Assembly (NCBI RefSeq): GCF_001194135.2
Contig: NC_068981.1
Coordinates: 177,850,287 to 177,913,941, forward strand
From: Octopus bimaculoides
Lineage: Eukaryota
Direction: 5' to 3'
Length of the DNA: 63,655 bases
Below the pieces are notes generated by a model. It saw only the letters and a list, made by a program, of their open reading frames with translations. It did not search any database and was not told the DNA's origin. The position numbers and the translations under genes are program-made. Of the stretch, positions 1 to 13,506 are shown piece after piece (position 1 is the first letter of the stretch; the number at the start of each line of letters is the position of its first letter).

Positions 1-1643
1 TTTTTTTTTTTTTTTTTTGGTTATCTATCCGATATAGTTTTTCAGAAGGATTATAATGTGCATAGACTACAAAGAGACATTTAGTGTAACATAAAAGCAA
101 ATCACTTCCGTGTGCATAACTATACACGGCAGTCATTCAAACCAACATGGAGAAAGTCTGGGTTGAAATACAGTGAGTAGTCAGAATTTGATTGAAGTGT
201 ACATATGATGTTGATGCATGTAAGAATAAGGATTTTTAACACGGTCTTAGTAATAACTTGTTGGGAAAAGACAATCCAGTGAAGGAACAGGATGAAATGA
301 TTTTGACTGAAAATAGGTGTGGGACTAAAATTACATATAAGTTCTCCTTTCTTTAGTACATTCATGTTGGTGTCCAACCAGATAAAAGCAAAGTTGACTT
401 TGGCAAGGTTTGAACTCAAAGCCATCTTTTTCATTCTCTCTCCCTGATGCTTGAATATATAACACCAACTGCACATGCACCCTAAAAAATTACCTCATTC
501 TTTTGTAGCTTTCAGTCACTGGACTGGGTCATGCTAGAGCATTGCTTTCCCAGAGTTTTTAATCAATCACTTCGTTCCTTAGTACTTATCTCAGTCTGGT
601 ACTTGAGTAACTGGACAAGTTACCACATTTTATGAAAAAGGATTTAACTCAACACACTGTTTTACATTTACACACACACACATACAGCTTTCATATAGTT
701 TACATCTAGCAAGATTCACTTACAAGACATTTTTGACTGACTTGCAAACCATTCTGTTTAGATCTTGGTTAATTAGCTGCCTTATTATTTCTTACTACTT
801 TTATTTTTTCTAGGTCTGGTATTAAACAATATACACAATCCTTTCTCCTTAAAGTTGTATTATTATTCTACAGTTCTTTCTGGCTGAAATGCTTGTAGCA
901 ACTCATCAATACTTCAGATGGAATTCTACATGCAAAGTCTCAACAAACTTATCTACCAGTCATCACTTTTCTGTCTGAATCAAAAAATATAGGCAGATAT
1001 TGATTATTAAAGCAAAATAACTGCTTTCATCATATCTCTCAGTTTTTTATTTTAATAAAAGCAAAAAAAGAAAATGCAATGTTCCATTCTTTAACCATAA
1101 AACTCTGATCTTATGAAATTACTTACTTCCAATTAAGTAAAGAAACATTGCTTATGATGCAGCAGTAGCTTTTAGAGGAATGAATATTTGAGGACACTGG
1201 CTTGTTCTACTTCACAGGATTGAATACATAAAAAGAGTAAACAAGTGCTTGAATCAAGTTATTAACTATTGCTTTTTATAGATGTTCAGACGCTCCTCTT
1301 ATCTATTTTGCTAAGTTTTCTGAAACATGTAGAAAGCAACTGCATTCCTTTGGAGCAGACCATTCATAGCATATTAATTACAATTTAAGGAAGAGCATTT
1401 TTCTTCTTTTTTTTCTTTCTCTTTGTTTTGTCTAAACAGAAGACATTAATTACAATATATAAAATAAAAACTGCCAAGAAACCATCACAACACTTAACTC
1501 ACAGTCTCTTACTTTCATTGGTGTATCTGATAGTCCTTCTGTAAATCTTTGCTAGAAACAACCTATGACCAGGCTTTAGATAAGCAAAGGACATGATCCT
1601 ACACATATACATGCATTGTGCATGTGTAGACATGCATTAAGAG

Positions 1644-2119
1644 CAACACACATTTTGCAGCAGACCTGTTGTTGACTCCTTGGACCACTTACCTTTTGAC
1701 TGTGGTTGGTTGACCAATCCTCTTCCTTATGAAGGATCCATTTTGTCAAGGGCAGTGTTGAATGCAGCCTCTCTGCTACGTGATAAAACTCTTGAGATCC
1801 CCAAAAACCCCAAAAAAAAAATTTGCAGATCATATCTTGATACTGCTTCTGTGTTGTACCTCCAACCAAACTTTTAACGAACAAACAACCAAGTTTGTCT
1901 AACGGTAAGCAGATACAACAGGGCAGTATCATTCACTGCTGTTAACAGCAGCCCCACTTGAAGATTGATAAGAGTTTTATCACCTAGCAGAGAGGCTGCA
2001 TTCAACACTGTCCTTGACAAAATGAATCCTTCATAAGGAAGAGGATTGGTCAACCAACCACAGCAAAAAGGTAAGTTATCCAAGGAATCAACGGCAGGTA
2101 TGCTGCAAAATGTGTGTTG
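1644..2119. repeat. Long inverted repeat: 150-bp arms (1644-1793 and 1970-2119) with a 176-bp spacer
   Basis: Manual alignment of arm 1 with the reverse complement of arm 2 gave 11 mismatches in 150 nt and no indels. Weaker extra complementarity inside the loop (gatactgc/gcagtatc). Confidence 0.95.
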
Positions 2120-3813
2120 TATGGAAATCTGTGTTTTTGTTTGTAAAGAGTATATATATTATTTTCATTTTTTTTAAAGCTAACAAACATTGAACAGTCT
2201 TTTAAAGTCTGACTTTTATCACCCAGTCTTCTTTAAGAGCTGAATATATTACTTAATAGTAGTGCTGGCTATTTTTAGTTAAGTTGACCAAGACAAACAA
2301 TGTCATGTATCTTGTTTATATGCAAAGAAAATGAACTTGGGTTTGTAATCCAACATCTTAATCATTCAATTATTCTACACATATATTTGAATACAGTCTA
2401 TATGTTACTTTCTACAAGTCTATAAGAAGTCTGTACTAATTCTTAACTGCAGCATGATTTTCTTTTTTTAAACTTTACTTTTTAATAACATTTCTATCCC
2501 TGAGATTCTAAAGCAGAGAGATCATCTGTTCTTCTGAAGCAAAAACAAACTACAACGTCAATAAGAAACCTTACAGTATGTACAGCAATCATCAAAAGAC
2601 CAATAAAGTTTCATCTCAACATAGTATCAGATATTATGCAATGGAGCAAGTTAAAATCTATTACTTGGTAGATGGCACATATTGAGAAAATTAAATAGAA
2701 CCTCACCAGAATTGATTGATTAGAAACCATGGCATACAACGAAATAAGGTCATGTATTTCAAAAGAAAACAACATGGCTATTTTGACAGCTCTTCAAAGA
2801 TACTGACACTATCAAGATGAAATTATAGACAGTAATTTTCTTACGTGCAAAGTAAAGATTTGACAACTGTGGCAGCCATGAAAGTGGTGTGTTACATCAA
2901 AGTTTTTCTGTTACTCACAGCCATTACAGACTAAAGAGTTTAGTCTACCCGCAGCAAAATGGATGCAGTTGTAAAGCTAGATAATCAGTACAACAACCAA
3001 CTGTCCAGAAATACAGGTTTGATTCAGTTAAAATATTTAATTAAATTCTTTTTTCTTTTTTTTTTTAAACCAGCAGTTGTTAGTTAATAAAATGTCTATT
3101 AAACAATGAGAAAAAGAGATGTTTGTAGAGTAAGCATTGTTTGATGTCAAGAACATTTCTACTTGAAGGTGCTGGTGACAAACTCTTGATGCCGAAACCC
3201 AGATGAAAATCTCAGTAACAATATTGTTAACCAACATTGCAACTTCATAAACTGATACTTTATTTTTATTGCTCAAATATAATCAGCAGAGCCAACTGGC
3301 TTTATTAGAAGAATCCATCAATGGGTCATTAGAGATTATGTGTTTCTTTTGAAGAGTTCATGAGAGAATTTAAGGATTGCAGCAGTGAACCCTACTATTC
3401 TACCATTCTCTATTATTATTACTTAGTGGACTGGGCAACAGAAAGACAATTGTCTTTGTGGATTTTTGGCTGGTAAGGCCAGCATCCTAATGAAGCAACC
3501 ATTGGCGATTCTTAGAATGCAAACAACTTGATGAAAAAATATTCTCAAGATAAATTTTTAAATAAGAAGGGTGAGATGATTCATAAACTTGATGGAATAA
3601 AGTATATTTGGATGTGAACTTAGAAAAATCAGAATAAAATTTGAGAAAAACTAAGAGGATTTGTTTTGAAAATTAAAGAACAGAATAAAGATAGGGGAGA
3701 GAAATGGTACTTTTTCATAGCTAATTTTAACATAAAATATATAATCTTATGGTTAACAAGTGTAAGAATGGGGGTAAAAAATAGACATTTTATAAGAAAC
3801 AATGCAAAATTAC

Positions 3814-4080
3814 CTTGGGCGGTTGTAGTTTGCTGATTCCCTTCTATATGGCATAGTTTGTTGATTAAACGCTGCCTTTTGCATCTGACTGCCAGCAAAA
3901 CTTTGTGGTTGTTGGGTATAATTTGGGGTAGACATAGTTGTGTTAGTGTAGCCAGGTGTGCTGTGAGTAAAAGGTCCACTTTGAGTGGTTTGAGTAACAC
4001 CCCACACTGTAGTCACAACAGAGAGAGACTGAGGAGTTTGGCCACCTTGGTTCCCTGTGGGCCATGCTGCATTAGGATCA
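3814..4080 (-). CDS. ZMIZ1: Internal coding exon of a ZMIZ1/ZMIZ2 (tonalli) ortholog; 267 nt, phase 2-2
   Basis: Acceptor ctttactttttag|T GAT CCT (AG at 4082-4081) and donor CCAAG|gtaatt (GT at 3813-3812). It encodes [37 protein letters not shown]...[17 protein letters not shown] is the hallmark motif of vertebrate ZMIZ1/2 ([21 protein letters not shown], recalled). Confidence 0.93.
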
Positions 4081-6802
4081 CTAAAAAGTAAAGAAATCGA
4101 ATGCTTAAGAGTGTTCAAGAAAAAAAATATATATCAGAAAAATATTTAAGGGTGATGTGAGGCCTTTGAGATTTTATAGGCTCTTGGTTTTCCGTTGACA
4201 AATTTAAATTAAAGAAAAATAGAAACAGACGATTCCATTATAGATGGAATAAATAGTATAGTTTCTAGGTTACAATTAGAAGAAATAACAAAAGAAAATA
4301 AAAGACATTTTTTTTTTCCACTGACGGAAAAGAAGAAAACGAGAGCTTTGAAGAATTCTTGAGTTTAGAGTAAGTGGAATAATTTACAAAATTTAATCAA
4401 TTCCTAAGAATATTAATTCTGAAAAGAGATAATACCACCAGAAGAATCTTATATGCATTAGTGCATCCATGGAGAACAAAGAGAGAGAAGAGTGAAGAAA
4501 AGTAGGCATTATAAAGTCGCATAAATATCAAGAGGAAAAGCTTCAGCCAGAATAATGCAACAGAATTTAAGGATAAAATTAAAAAGTGATAAAAGCTAAA
4601 AATCAAGCAAATCTTCATTCAGTAATTAGAGGATGGTGATGGCTATAATGTTGTCATTTGGATGTGTAAGTCAATATTTTTATATTTGATATGTAGGAAG
4701 GTAAGAATCAGAGTGTAATTTTATTAAAAAGGCATCTATTTTCTTTAGATATAATGTTTATTTCCAAATTTGTTTTGATTACTTTTACCAATGAGAGTAT
4801 TGATTCACTTTAATAGTGTAAGTGGAAGAAATTAGTCACACAAGTTCCATGAATATATGGATGGTCCCAAGAAAGACAGGTAACTAGTTGTAACACCACA
4901 ATCAGTTCAATACAGGGAAGAATAAATTTTTTTAAATCCCATCAAATACACCCATTATTATGTGTGAAAGGTGATACAGAATCTATGACATTTGTGGTGG
5001 CATTTGCATGTTACAGGTATGTTATAAAAATGCAGAGATGTATCAAAGACAATATTTTTCCTATAGCTATGAAGATGATGAGAAGTAGAGAGTAAACCTA
5101 TTCTTTACTTACTGACAAGTGGATTATGTAACCCCTTGACTGATTCTGAAAATCAACACCATAACTATTTCTTGGGTTGAAGGATAGAAAAAAAGAAGTA
5201 TAAAGGCAATACTTTTTCACTTCTATAAATAAATGTTTGTAGATTACAGTTGGTGAGATTATACACACAAATTATGTTAGCCTTACATAAAATGTTTTGA
5301 GGGTTATTTGAGAATTTTGTGACAAGATTTAACTAAATGAGATATTAAATATTTTAAAGTTTTTCTGAACATGCCACTCATGTAGCCATGTAGATAATTC
5401 TTAATAATATCTATTACATAAGAAAAAATATCCATAATAAAATTTTCTCAAGATTTCATTTGCAACGGGAAAAATGGCAGATATTTAGTTGAGGAAATAG
5501 AAACAAAACTGTATTATTGAGTTATAGAGTGAATGCATATTTTTTCACATGTATCTACATATATACATACAAATGCTAAGTGTGAATAATCAAAATTCAC
5601 AAGAAAATATTTTCAATACTGATGTTAATGCTTGTTATGTTTTTTCCTATAATCAATTGAATGGAAGAAATTGAAAGCCAAACTGACAATAATAGAGTTA
5701 AGTTGCTCTTATGTACAAAAATAGATTTAAACATGCATATACTTCTTTTAACATGTTAGTGAAAGTTGAGGATTAAGCAGTATTTGAAGAGAAATTAAAC
5801 AAATGATTGACTGAATGTGTGTAAGATAGTGTTGTTAATAAAAGAAGGAAGCATGAATGGATATTGCATGTTAGTAGTAGTAGTAACAAGAACAGAGGTT
5901 CAAAATAGAAGACCTTAGAACAAAGCTATTATGGCTGCCTGTTAAAATTTGGGACAAAAAGCAAGAAAAAGGTACGAAAATAATAACATGCTTTGAATAA
6001 TGAATCACAAGTTGCTTGACCAAACAAGATCATTATTAGGGTTATCACTTTTAGCAGTTATATTTCTTTTTACTTTACTTGAACCATTAATTAAGTTGGA
6101 TTTGGCATTATAGATAAGTGACGTTTGATCACAAAATCTGTAGTGTTTATCAGACAACAATTGTAAGAAAAAGTTAGCCATTTTAATATTTGTGTGATCA
6201 AATGTCATACTTTACTTTTAGAATAGATTGCAAGACAGTGAGAAATAGAAAGAGTAACCAAAATAAAATACATTCACAGAGACAGACACAAACACATATC
6301 AGGTTAATGATTTAAATTTTCAGAGCTTCATTACCGGAGTTCCCATAACAAGCTAAGAGTTAACTATACACATATGCATATGTGTATATACAACAACTAG
6401 ATAGACAGCAACATAAATAACATCAGTTTCTTTATCTTCCTCATTTTCAAATGAAGAGTTAGAGCCTAAAACATGTCAGCTGAATTAATGAAGCATGTTT
6501 AAGAACTTTTCTATGAATTAATTGGCACCAAAAGAGACAATCATAAGTTTCTTCCCATTCAGGACATATATCCATTTCTCCATGCTAGCATGGGATGAAA
6601 ATGTATGGAGTAGAACTGAATGCCTTTCCAGTAGCTAACCCTTATTGGTTTTCAGCCCATCTTCAAAATTGCTGGGGCAAAGGAAAATTTTTGGACAGAG
6701 AATGCAATTATAATGTCGTTGTTCTTTTTCTGCTAAACATTTTCATGTGAGGGCATGGAATATAAACAACCACAGACATATACACAAGCATTCAAACATA
6801 CA

Positions 6803-6976
6803 CAGATATATGATGGGCTTCCATATTGTTTCTGTCAACCAATTCCATTTACAAAGTATTGGTTGACTCAAGGTTGCAGTAGAAGACACTTGCTCAAGGT
6901 GCCATGCAGTGTGAAAGAACTAGAGATTATGTGGTAATGAACTGAACTCCATATTCATACAAACATGCCTGCACCT
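6803..6976 (-). mobile_element. tRNA-headed, CORE-like SINE (family A, my label)
   Basis: Reverse complement of the GGCACCTTGGGCAAGTGTCTTCTACT...GGAAACTGAAAGAAGCCC consensus seen in the other copies. Confidence 0.75.
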
Positions 6977-7495
6977 AGATATATATCTATCTTACTCAAT
7001 CAATTATATTCCCTGTCTCCCTACTGCAGCTTTATCCATTATCCAGTCTAGTTATATCTGAAGAAATGACAACACATTGGGGAAACTCTAGACTGACAAC
7101 TTATTACACACATACATAAACACACAACAGGCTTCCATGCAGTTTCCACACTGATCAGCCTGGCGCTATAGTAGACAACTGCCCAAGGTGCTGTGCAATG
7201 GTACTCAACCAGAAGTACTAGGTTGTGAAAAGTAGTTCTTCACACAAAGATTATATAAACACACACACACACAAATAGAACCTCTATCAGTCAGGGTTGA
7301 CTATGTATCTGCACGTGTGTCAGCCTGGGCAAAATTTTTATTATAGAAGACTAACATCCAAGTCTCTCTTCTCCACATCTCCAGTGTTGTCCAAGGGAAA
7401 GGTTCTTATGGTGAGCTTGGCGGGGTTTGAAATCAGAGCAACAGAGCCAAAACAAATATACGAAGCATTCTATTCACTGTTCTGATAAACCTGCT

Positions 7496-7499
<4 letters not shown>

Positions 7500-7563
<64 letters not shown>
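7500..7563. repeat. Compound microsatellite (CT)n(CA)n; others include (TA)n 19898-19928, (TG)n/(TA)n 27874-27970, (CA)n(TA)n 31089-31142, (ATT)n 33080-33158, (TG)n 34328-34370, (TA)n 43129-43170, 52676-52712 and 57043-57071, (GTA)n 53408-53460
   Basis: Directly visible. Confidence 0.95.
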
Positions 7564-7565
<2 letters not shown>

Positions 7566-8572
7566 TGTTGTATTAAATGAGCAAAAGTGGCAAAAAGTTA
7601 GAATTATATTTCAGAAGTACTTGGGGCTGTTTAAAAAAAGGCTAAGTATGTGCTCACTTGCACTGCTAAAAATAGCAGCCAAATGTCTCTGTAATCACAT
7701 AGCCTTAAAAAAAAGACCATATTCACTAATGTAGTCCTAGGTATACTATAGCTGAAAAAGATTTTTTTAAAAATCATGATGGTCACAAGCTACAATGATC
7801 TCTCACACACACTAGTAAACACTGGAGCCAAGATAAAAGATAACCTCTTTTTTCTTTTTTAAACTTGAGGAGGTAAAACTGAGAAAAATGAAGTGGATGG
7901 GAAGGATCATTCACCAAGTTAGAGATGAGGAGTGAAAGAAATAGAGGGTGAGAACATTTGGTTAGAGTTCAAGAGGTCAATCTGATAGTGACACTGACAT
8001 AAACTACAGGAAACTAGGAGAACAATGACTGCCCTCAAAATCTTCATGAAAACTGGCTGGAAATATGTTAAAGGATTCATATCTTTTAAGAAGCAGGAAG
8101 GATAAAACAGGATAGATACATTAAATGTGTCAGAAAAATGATAAAATAACAATTCTATCATTCTATGTTAGTATTGTCAATAATGGATTTCTTTATGATA
8201 TTTAATTTTTGTTCCAAGTTCTTAGCTGTAGATAGGGTAAGAACTGACTCTTAAATTGAAATAAAAAGAGAAAATAACTGTCATTGTTAAAATTATCTCT
8301 CCATCAAACAATAATATTGGCTGGAGTTACTTAAATTATTTTCCCACTTGACTTGTTTTGGTCTTCCTATGAAGAATGTAATTTCTTATGCTGAGAAAAT
8401 GATCAGACAAAAGCAAAAAGAAATATGTATCTTCTACTACATTACAGAGATATATGTTTAGAATAAAACTGTGGTTTACACCCAGAGTATAACAATAAAC
8501 TTTGATTAGAGATTGCTGGAGCAATAAAGCCAGCAGGTGTACAGGATACCAGGCTCAGTTAAGAGTGTAGAC

Positions 8573-8751
8573 CAGTGCTCCACAACCTTTTTTCACTTGC
8601 AGTACACATATTTTTTTCAAAATTTGGCAGCACACCTGAACTAAAAACATAAAGTATTGGAGAAAAAATTATATTCAGGTTACACTGCGGCACACCTAGC
8701 ATCGTCTCATGGCACACCAGTGTGTCGTGGTATACCAGTTGTGGAGCACTG
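8573..8751. mobile_element. hAT (Charlie/MER5-like) MITE
   Basis: TIRs CAGTGCTCCACAAC...GTTGTGGAGCACTG and a perfect 8-bp TSD GTGTAGAC (8565-8572, 8752-8759). Confidence 0.9.
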
Positions 8752-9346
8752 GTGTAGACTGCAGCTCTGGAGAGTGAAACTGATTTCTGTCTGAAGACAT
8801 GCTGAGTCAATCTGACACTAGAAGCAGAAGGAATTGAACATGAATTCAATTCATATCCTTATTGCAAAAGGAGTAACGTTTCATCTGTCTAAATATGGGG
8901 ATTTATTGGCTACTTGAAGTGTAGCAAGATCAGCATCAGGTCCAGAGGAATATTCCACAATTCTGGAGCAGAAATTTACACTTTCAAAGTGTTAATTGCA
9001 ACCAAAATGTTAGTGTTAACAAGTTTAATGTAAAAACAAAATATTAAAAAACTTGTAATTATGTGGTAGTCAATGACTAATATTTTCATTATTCTGGCAA
9101 ACACAGGAGACAAAACTGGGTACAATTTGGTCTAATCATGACTTCATCACTAAAGCATAACCTTTATCAAATCCGCCAAGAAAGTATCTCCCAATAAATG
9201 TACAATATTGAGCATTATTTGCAGTAGGAAAATAGACTTGTTTGGAGAATAGACTAAATTAAAACAAATTGTTAGTGTTAACATATTTAGTGCATGCAGT
9301 ATTAAAAGGCTAATAGAAAAACATTGACATTAAGAAGGCATGAAAG

Positions 9347-9379
<33 letters not shown>

Positions 9380-12300
9380 GAGTCTTTGAAACAAGAAAAT
9401 TATAATTAAACAGTACTAATTATTTCATGGCTACCAGAACTATCTAAGTTGATGGTATCTACCTTATTAAAAAGCAAGTTGGTTTTCTTTTTTTCTTCTC
9501 ACAATTAGCTGGCATTTCTAAAATGTTTACAATAGTTTAGGTTTTCTCAATAAACAAGAGCATTAAGAGCATAAATTCACTTGTAATTCTCTTCCGGTGT
9601 ACGAAGATTCTGTCATTAAACATAGATAAGTTTGTCAGAAAATTCTATCACATGTAAATACACTTATATTATCAAGTCCAATATTATGAAGACAAAACCG
9701 CTGAACATGCAGTCATAAGACTATTGTTGTACAATCTCATCTTAATCAAACACTAAAAGTAGGAATAAATTTTAATTAAATAATGACTATTATCTCAGAA
9801 TTATTATAAAGTAAACTGCTGGCTCTCTTTTACACCTTAGTAGGTATGTTAAAAAAAAAGTCCTTGACAAAATAGTTATCACCTGTCCATCAATAAAATT
9901 TCACCCAATATTGAGAATATAATATTTTAAACAGAATATTTCACACTGTCAAACCAGTTGTACTCGCAAATATGCTTAATCAATATCACTAATCAATGAA
10001 ACCAAATAATTGAGAATAGCACTAAAACACTGATCATTATAATGAATAATATGAAAAAAAAAAACTATGGTAAAAATAATTCCTTTGAAGAGGATGGGGT
10101 GGGTAGACATCAAAGGTTGCAAAAAAGGACCAAAGTAAACACTATGTGATGTTAATAACCCGAGTCAACTTCATAAAAGACAAGATTTAAAATAAGTTTG
10201 TCTCATAATTATTATCAATCAGTATGACTATTATAAAGATAGAAAGAAAAAGAAAGAAAACAACTTTAAAATAGTTATTTGCAATGTAATTGTACTGGCT
10301 CACTTGCATATTTTCCATTTCTTTTCAAATTCTAATGATGGAATAATAGTTATGGGCTGAATATATGGCTAAGAATGTTATAGTTGGCTCTTCACATAAT
10401 AACACTGACAATAGAACAAGCACAGAAGACAGCAAGAACAAAGTGATAAAACAGCAAGAAAAGGAAATTGATCTTTGTTAAACAAAGCCTGCCACACTAG
10501 ACAGAAATATTTAGTAGTTTTCTGTCAGTAGCAACACAAACATATTTCTATTATGAACAGTGAGCAGTGGCTTTTGTGTATGTACTGCAACTAAAAGAAC
10601 AATGATAACTGTATCTGAAGTTAAAAAGAGAACATATCTAAACCAATATCAAAGCATTAAAAAAAAAAAAAATGTTTTTTTTTCTCCCCAGAGTCCTTCA
10701 GAGAAGGATGTATTAAATACAAAGACAATACACGACTGCGTTTCAAAACGAAGAAATCTATCACAAGCAATACAAGATATTGAGTTTTCCAACCATGACT
10801 ACTCCTTATTTCCAGTCCTCATATCATAGACTACATAAACCAATCTGTTCTTCCGTGTTTAAGATGACTAGGTGAAATTTGACTGCTTTTCCAGAAGGTC
10901 ATATGACCACATAGAGACTTCCTTGTTGGCTTGATTTAGGTTTGTTATTGTTGCTATTTAGGTTGTTATTGTTTAGTCTCCAGGTCTGCTTCAAATAATC
11001 AAACACTTGATCAAAAACACTCCAGCTGTGGCCATCCTATCTTTTTTCTTTTTCTATAACTACATCATTTGTGTTGTTTCATTTAAAGACAGTAAGTTGT
11101 AATTTGAAAGAGAATTGGCTGCTGTTTCTAGGAGATAAAGTGATTGCTTAACAGCCACATTGTTGGCCTCATTTAATTTTGATTAGCTGAGTGAAAAGGT
11201 TAACTTTTATAAACAAGGAACTGCTAAAACTTAACACAAACCATAATATAATAGTGCTTAGTCACATTACTAATCTATTGTTTGACTGTTACCTGAGTTG
11301 AATCACAGATTAAAAGGTGTTGCCAACCTGACATAAATATGCATACACACACATGTGATGTGTGCAAATAATCACACACAATGAATGAGAGAAAAAGTAT
11401 ATTAGCTAAGCTGGTTATTTTCAATGAAATTATTCATGCATACTGAGAAAGTTAAGCTCTGATAATTAACTAGAAAGAAAGAAGTGTGTCATCTTTCTGA
11501 GAATTAATTTGCTCCAGGTGAGCAGCAAGGTATCCAGAAGAACTTAAAATTCATAATTTTGTTTAGGGAGGACAGAGAGTGAAATGGTTTTTACAGGCCC
11601 CCTCAAACAGATGAGATTGATATAGCTGATGCTTAGCTTGAATGTCTGTTGGTGGGAGACCCACTGGGGTGGTGGGGGGATTATGACTGAAGAGTGAGTC
11701 AGAAGGTTACAGTTCTGGGTGGTAAGTCAGTGAGTTCAAACTGTTTGAAGATGCAGTTTTGACACACTGTCTCCACCCGCAAGCATACAACTGAGATAGT
11801 GTGGTTTGCAATCAACAATCCTCCAAATTGAATCTTTGGGTTTTGTGTCAAACTCTGAAGTTTTATCATTTTTGCTGGGATCTTGGTTTGGTAATCCATG
11901 GGATGAACTCAACTGATACAGTTGTACCAAAAACTACTACCAAAAGAGCATAAACAGCAAAGCGGACAGCTGAAAATATGAGATTGTTATTATAATTAGA
12001 TCTGATTTTGAATCAATATCGAGTTCTCACATATAAGGTGTCCATTGTTTGAACTGTGACCTCTGTGCTGAGGTTTGTAATTGCCAAGTGTAGTCGGCTT
12101 CTGTTGTGATGCTGTGAACTTACTGACTGAGCCAGCTCAACTCACCCCAGTAAACACTGACACAAGTACAAGTAAGTATTATGTTATAGTGAGAGCAATG
12201 GAAGGAAGGAAGAGGTGTGCAGGGTATGTGGGCCAGCTAGCAGACAGTATGTTAATTAGCTAACTCAAAAAAGACAAAATGGAAAGGCAATTGTAGTAGT

Positions 12301-13506
12301 GGAAGACAAAGCAATGAGAGAATACAGCACATCAATGATCCAATGATTGAAGTATTTTGGTGAATGAATAATTGTCAGTCAGTCAAATGGCCTTCTTTTG
12401 GAAGAAGTGTAAGACATTTGCGCATGTCACAGCAGTACTATCTCATAGACATGAGCAATACTCCAAAGTGGATGAACACATTTATGTTTCAGTATTTAAA
12501 TATTGAAGACAAACTGCATGATTGACGACATCTATATATGAAGAGTGTGATTTCTCAAGTAAGTGCCCATGTCCTATCCTCAAGAGATGTATGTATAATC
12601 TATATAACTTTCAGTAAGCCTACAAATCAGATACTGAGGCCATCTAGATAGGCAGTTTACAATAGAAGTTTGTTGTCATTCAGACATTATTTAGACCACT
12701 ATTCAGATACATAAACTCTGCAAAATATATATCAGGTCTTCATTGTTTTAATTACAGATGTTTTATACTATTTTTAGATCTCTTAAAATACACATACATA
12801 CACTCAAAAGTCCATGTGTTTTGTTTCGGTTTCAACATAACATTTTAAAACTTATTGGTTCAAATCTTGCCTCATAGTCACGGAAAAATACTTGAGGCTG
12901 AAGTAAAGTAGTTGCTAGGCTTGATCATTGTCATTAGAAACAAAACAAAATGGAACACATACTTCAAAGGTGAGCAAAGGAATAGAAAGAGCTCATGTTC
13001 TTCTAATAATTCATGTGAAAGTACATGAATTTCAAAACCCATCGAGTAATACATGCAGCATGGAAAATGGCAATCATAAAGGAATGCCACTGTTTGTGGC
13101 AACCATAAATTAATAAATTAATTAAGGATGTTAACATAAGGAATAGAACATACTCACTCATACAATATACAATAGGAGACTATTATGTTAAAATCAGATT
13201 TAAACAGCAGAAGATAGATTTTCAAAGTAGTTTTGATTTGAAAAATATGGCTTCAGAATGTGGTCGAAATGAGGTTGGCTAACAAGACCTGACCAGGGGC
13301 TGTCATTGTGACACTAGGTGAAGTAATGATCTAACAATAGTTGTTGTTGTTGTTATTGGTGGCAGGTGGATGGTCAATATTTAACTCCTATTTTTAAACC
13401 TTCTTATTCTAACTTTTCTGAATGTATTTGCCATCACCTCTGATGGTCAACTAGCTACATATGATAGCATAGCCCTTGACTGAAATTTTGCAATGACTCT
13501 CAAGTT

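Noticed and set aside
3400-3560. Editing-complementary sequence for the 3814-4080 exon
   Set aside because: Only about 10 nt of imperfect complementarity found by eye; chance level.
3810-4118. ORF-track protein starting 'MNTLKHSISLLFS'
   Set aside because: The start is a TTG in the intronic pyrimidine tract; the real exon is 4080-3814 with GT-AG boundaries.
11510-11530. TTTGCTCCAG|GTGAGC AG|GT motif
   Set aside because: It is on the plus strand, antisense to the gene, with a short pyrimidine tract; it also shows that such motifs can arise by chance.
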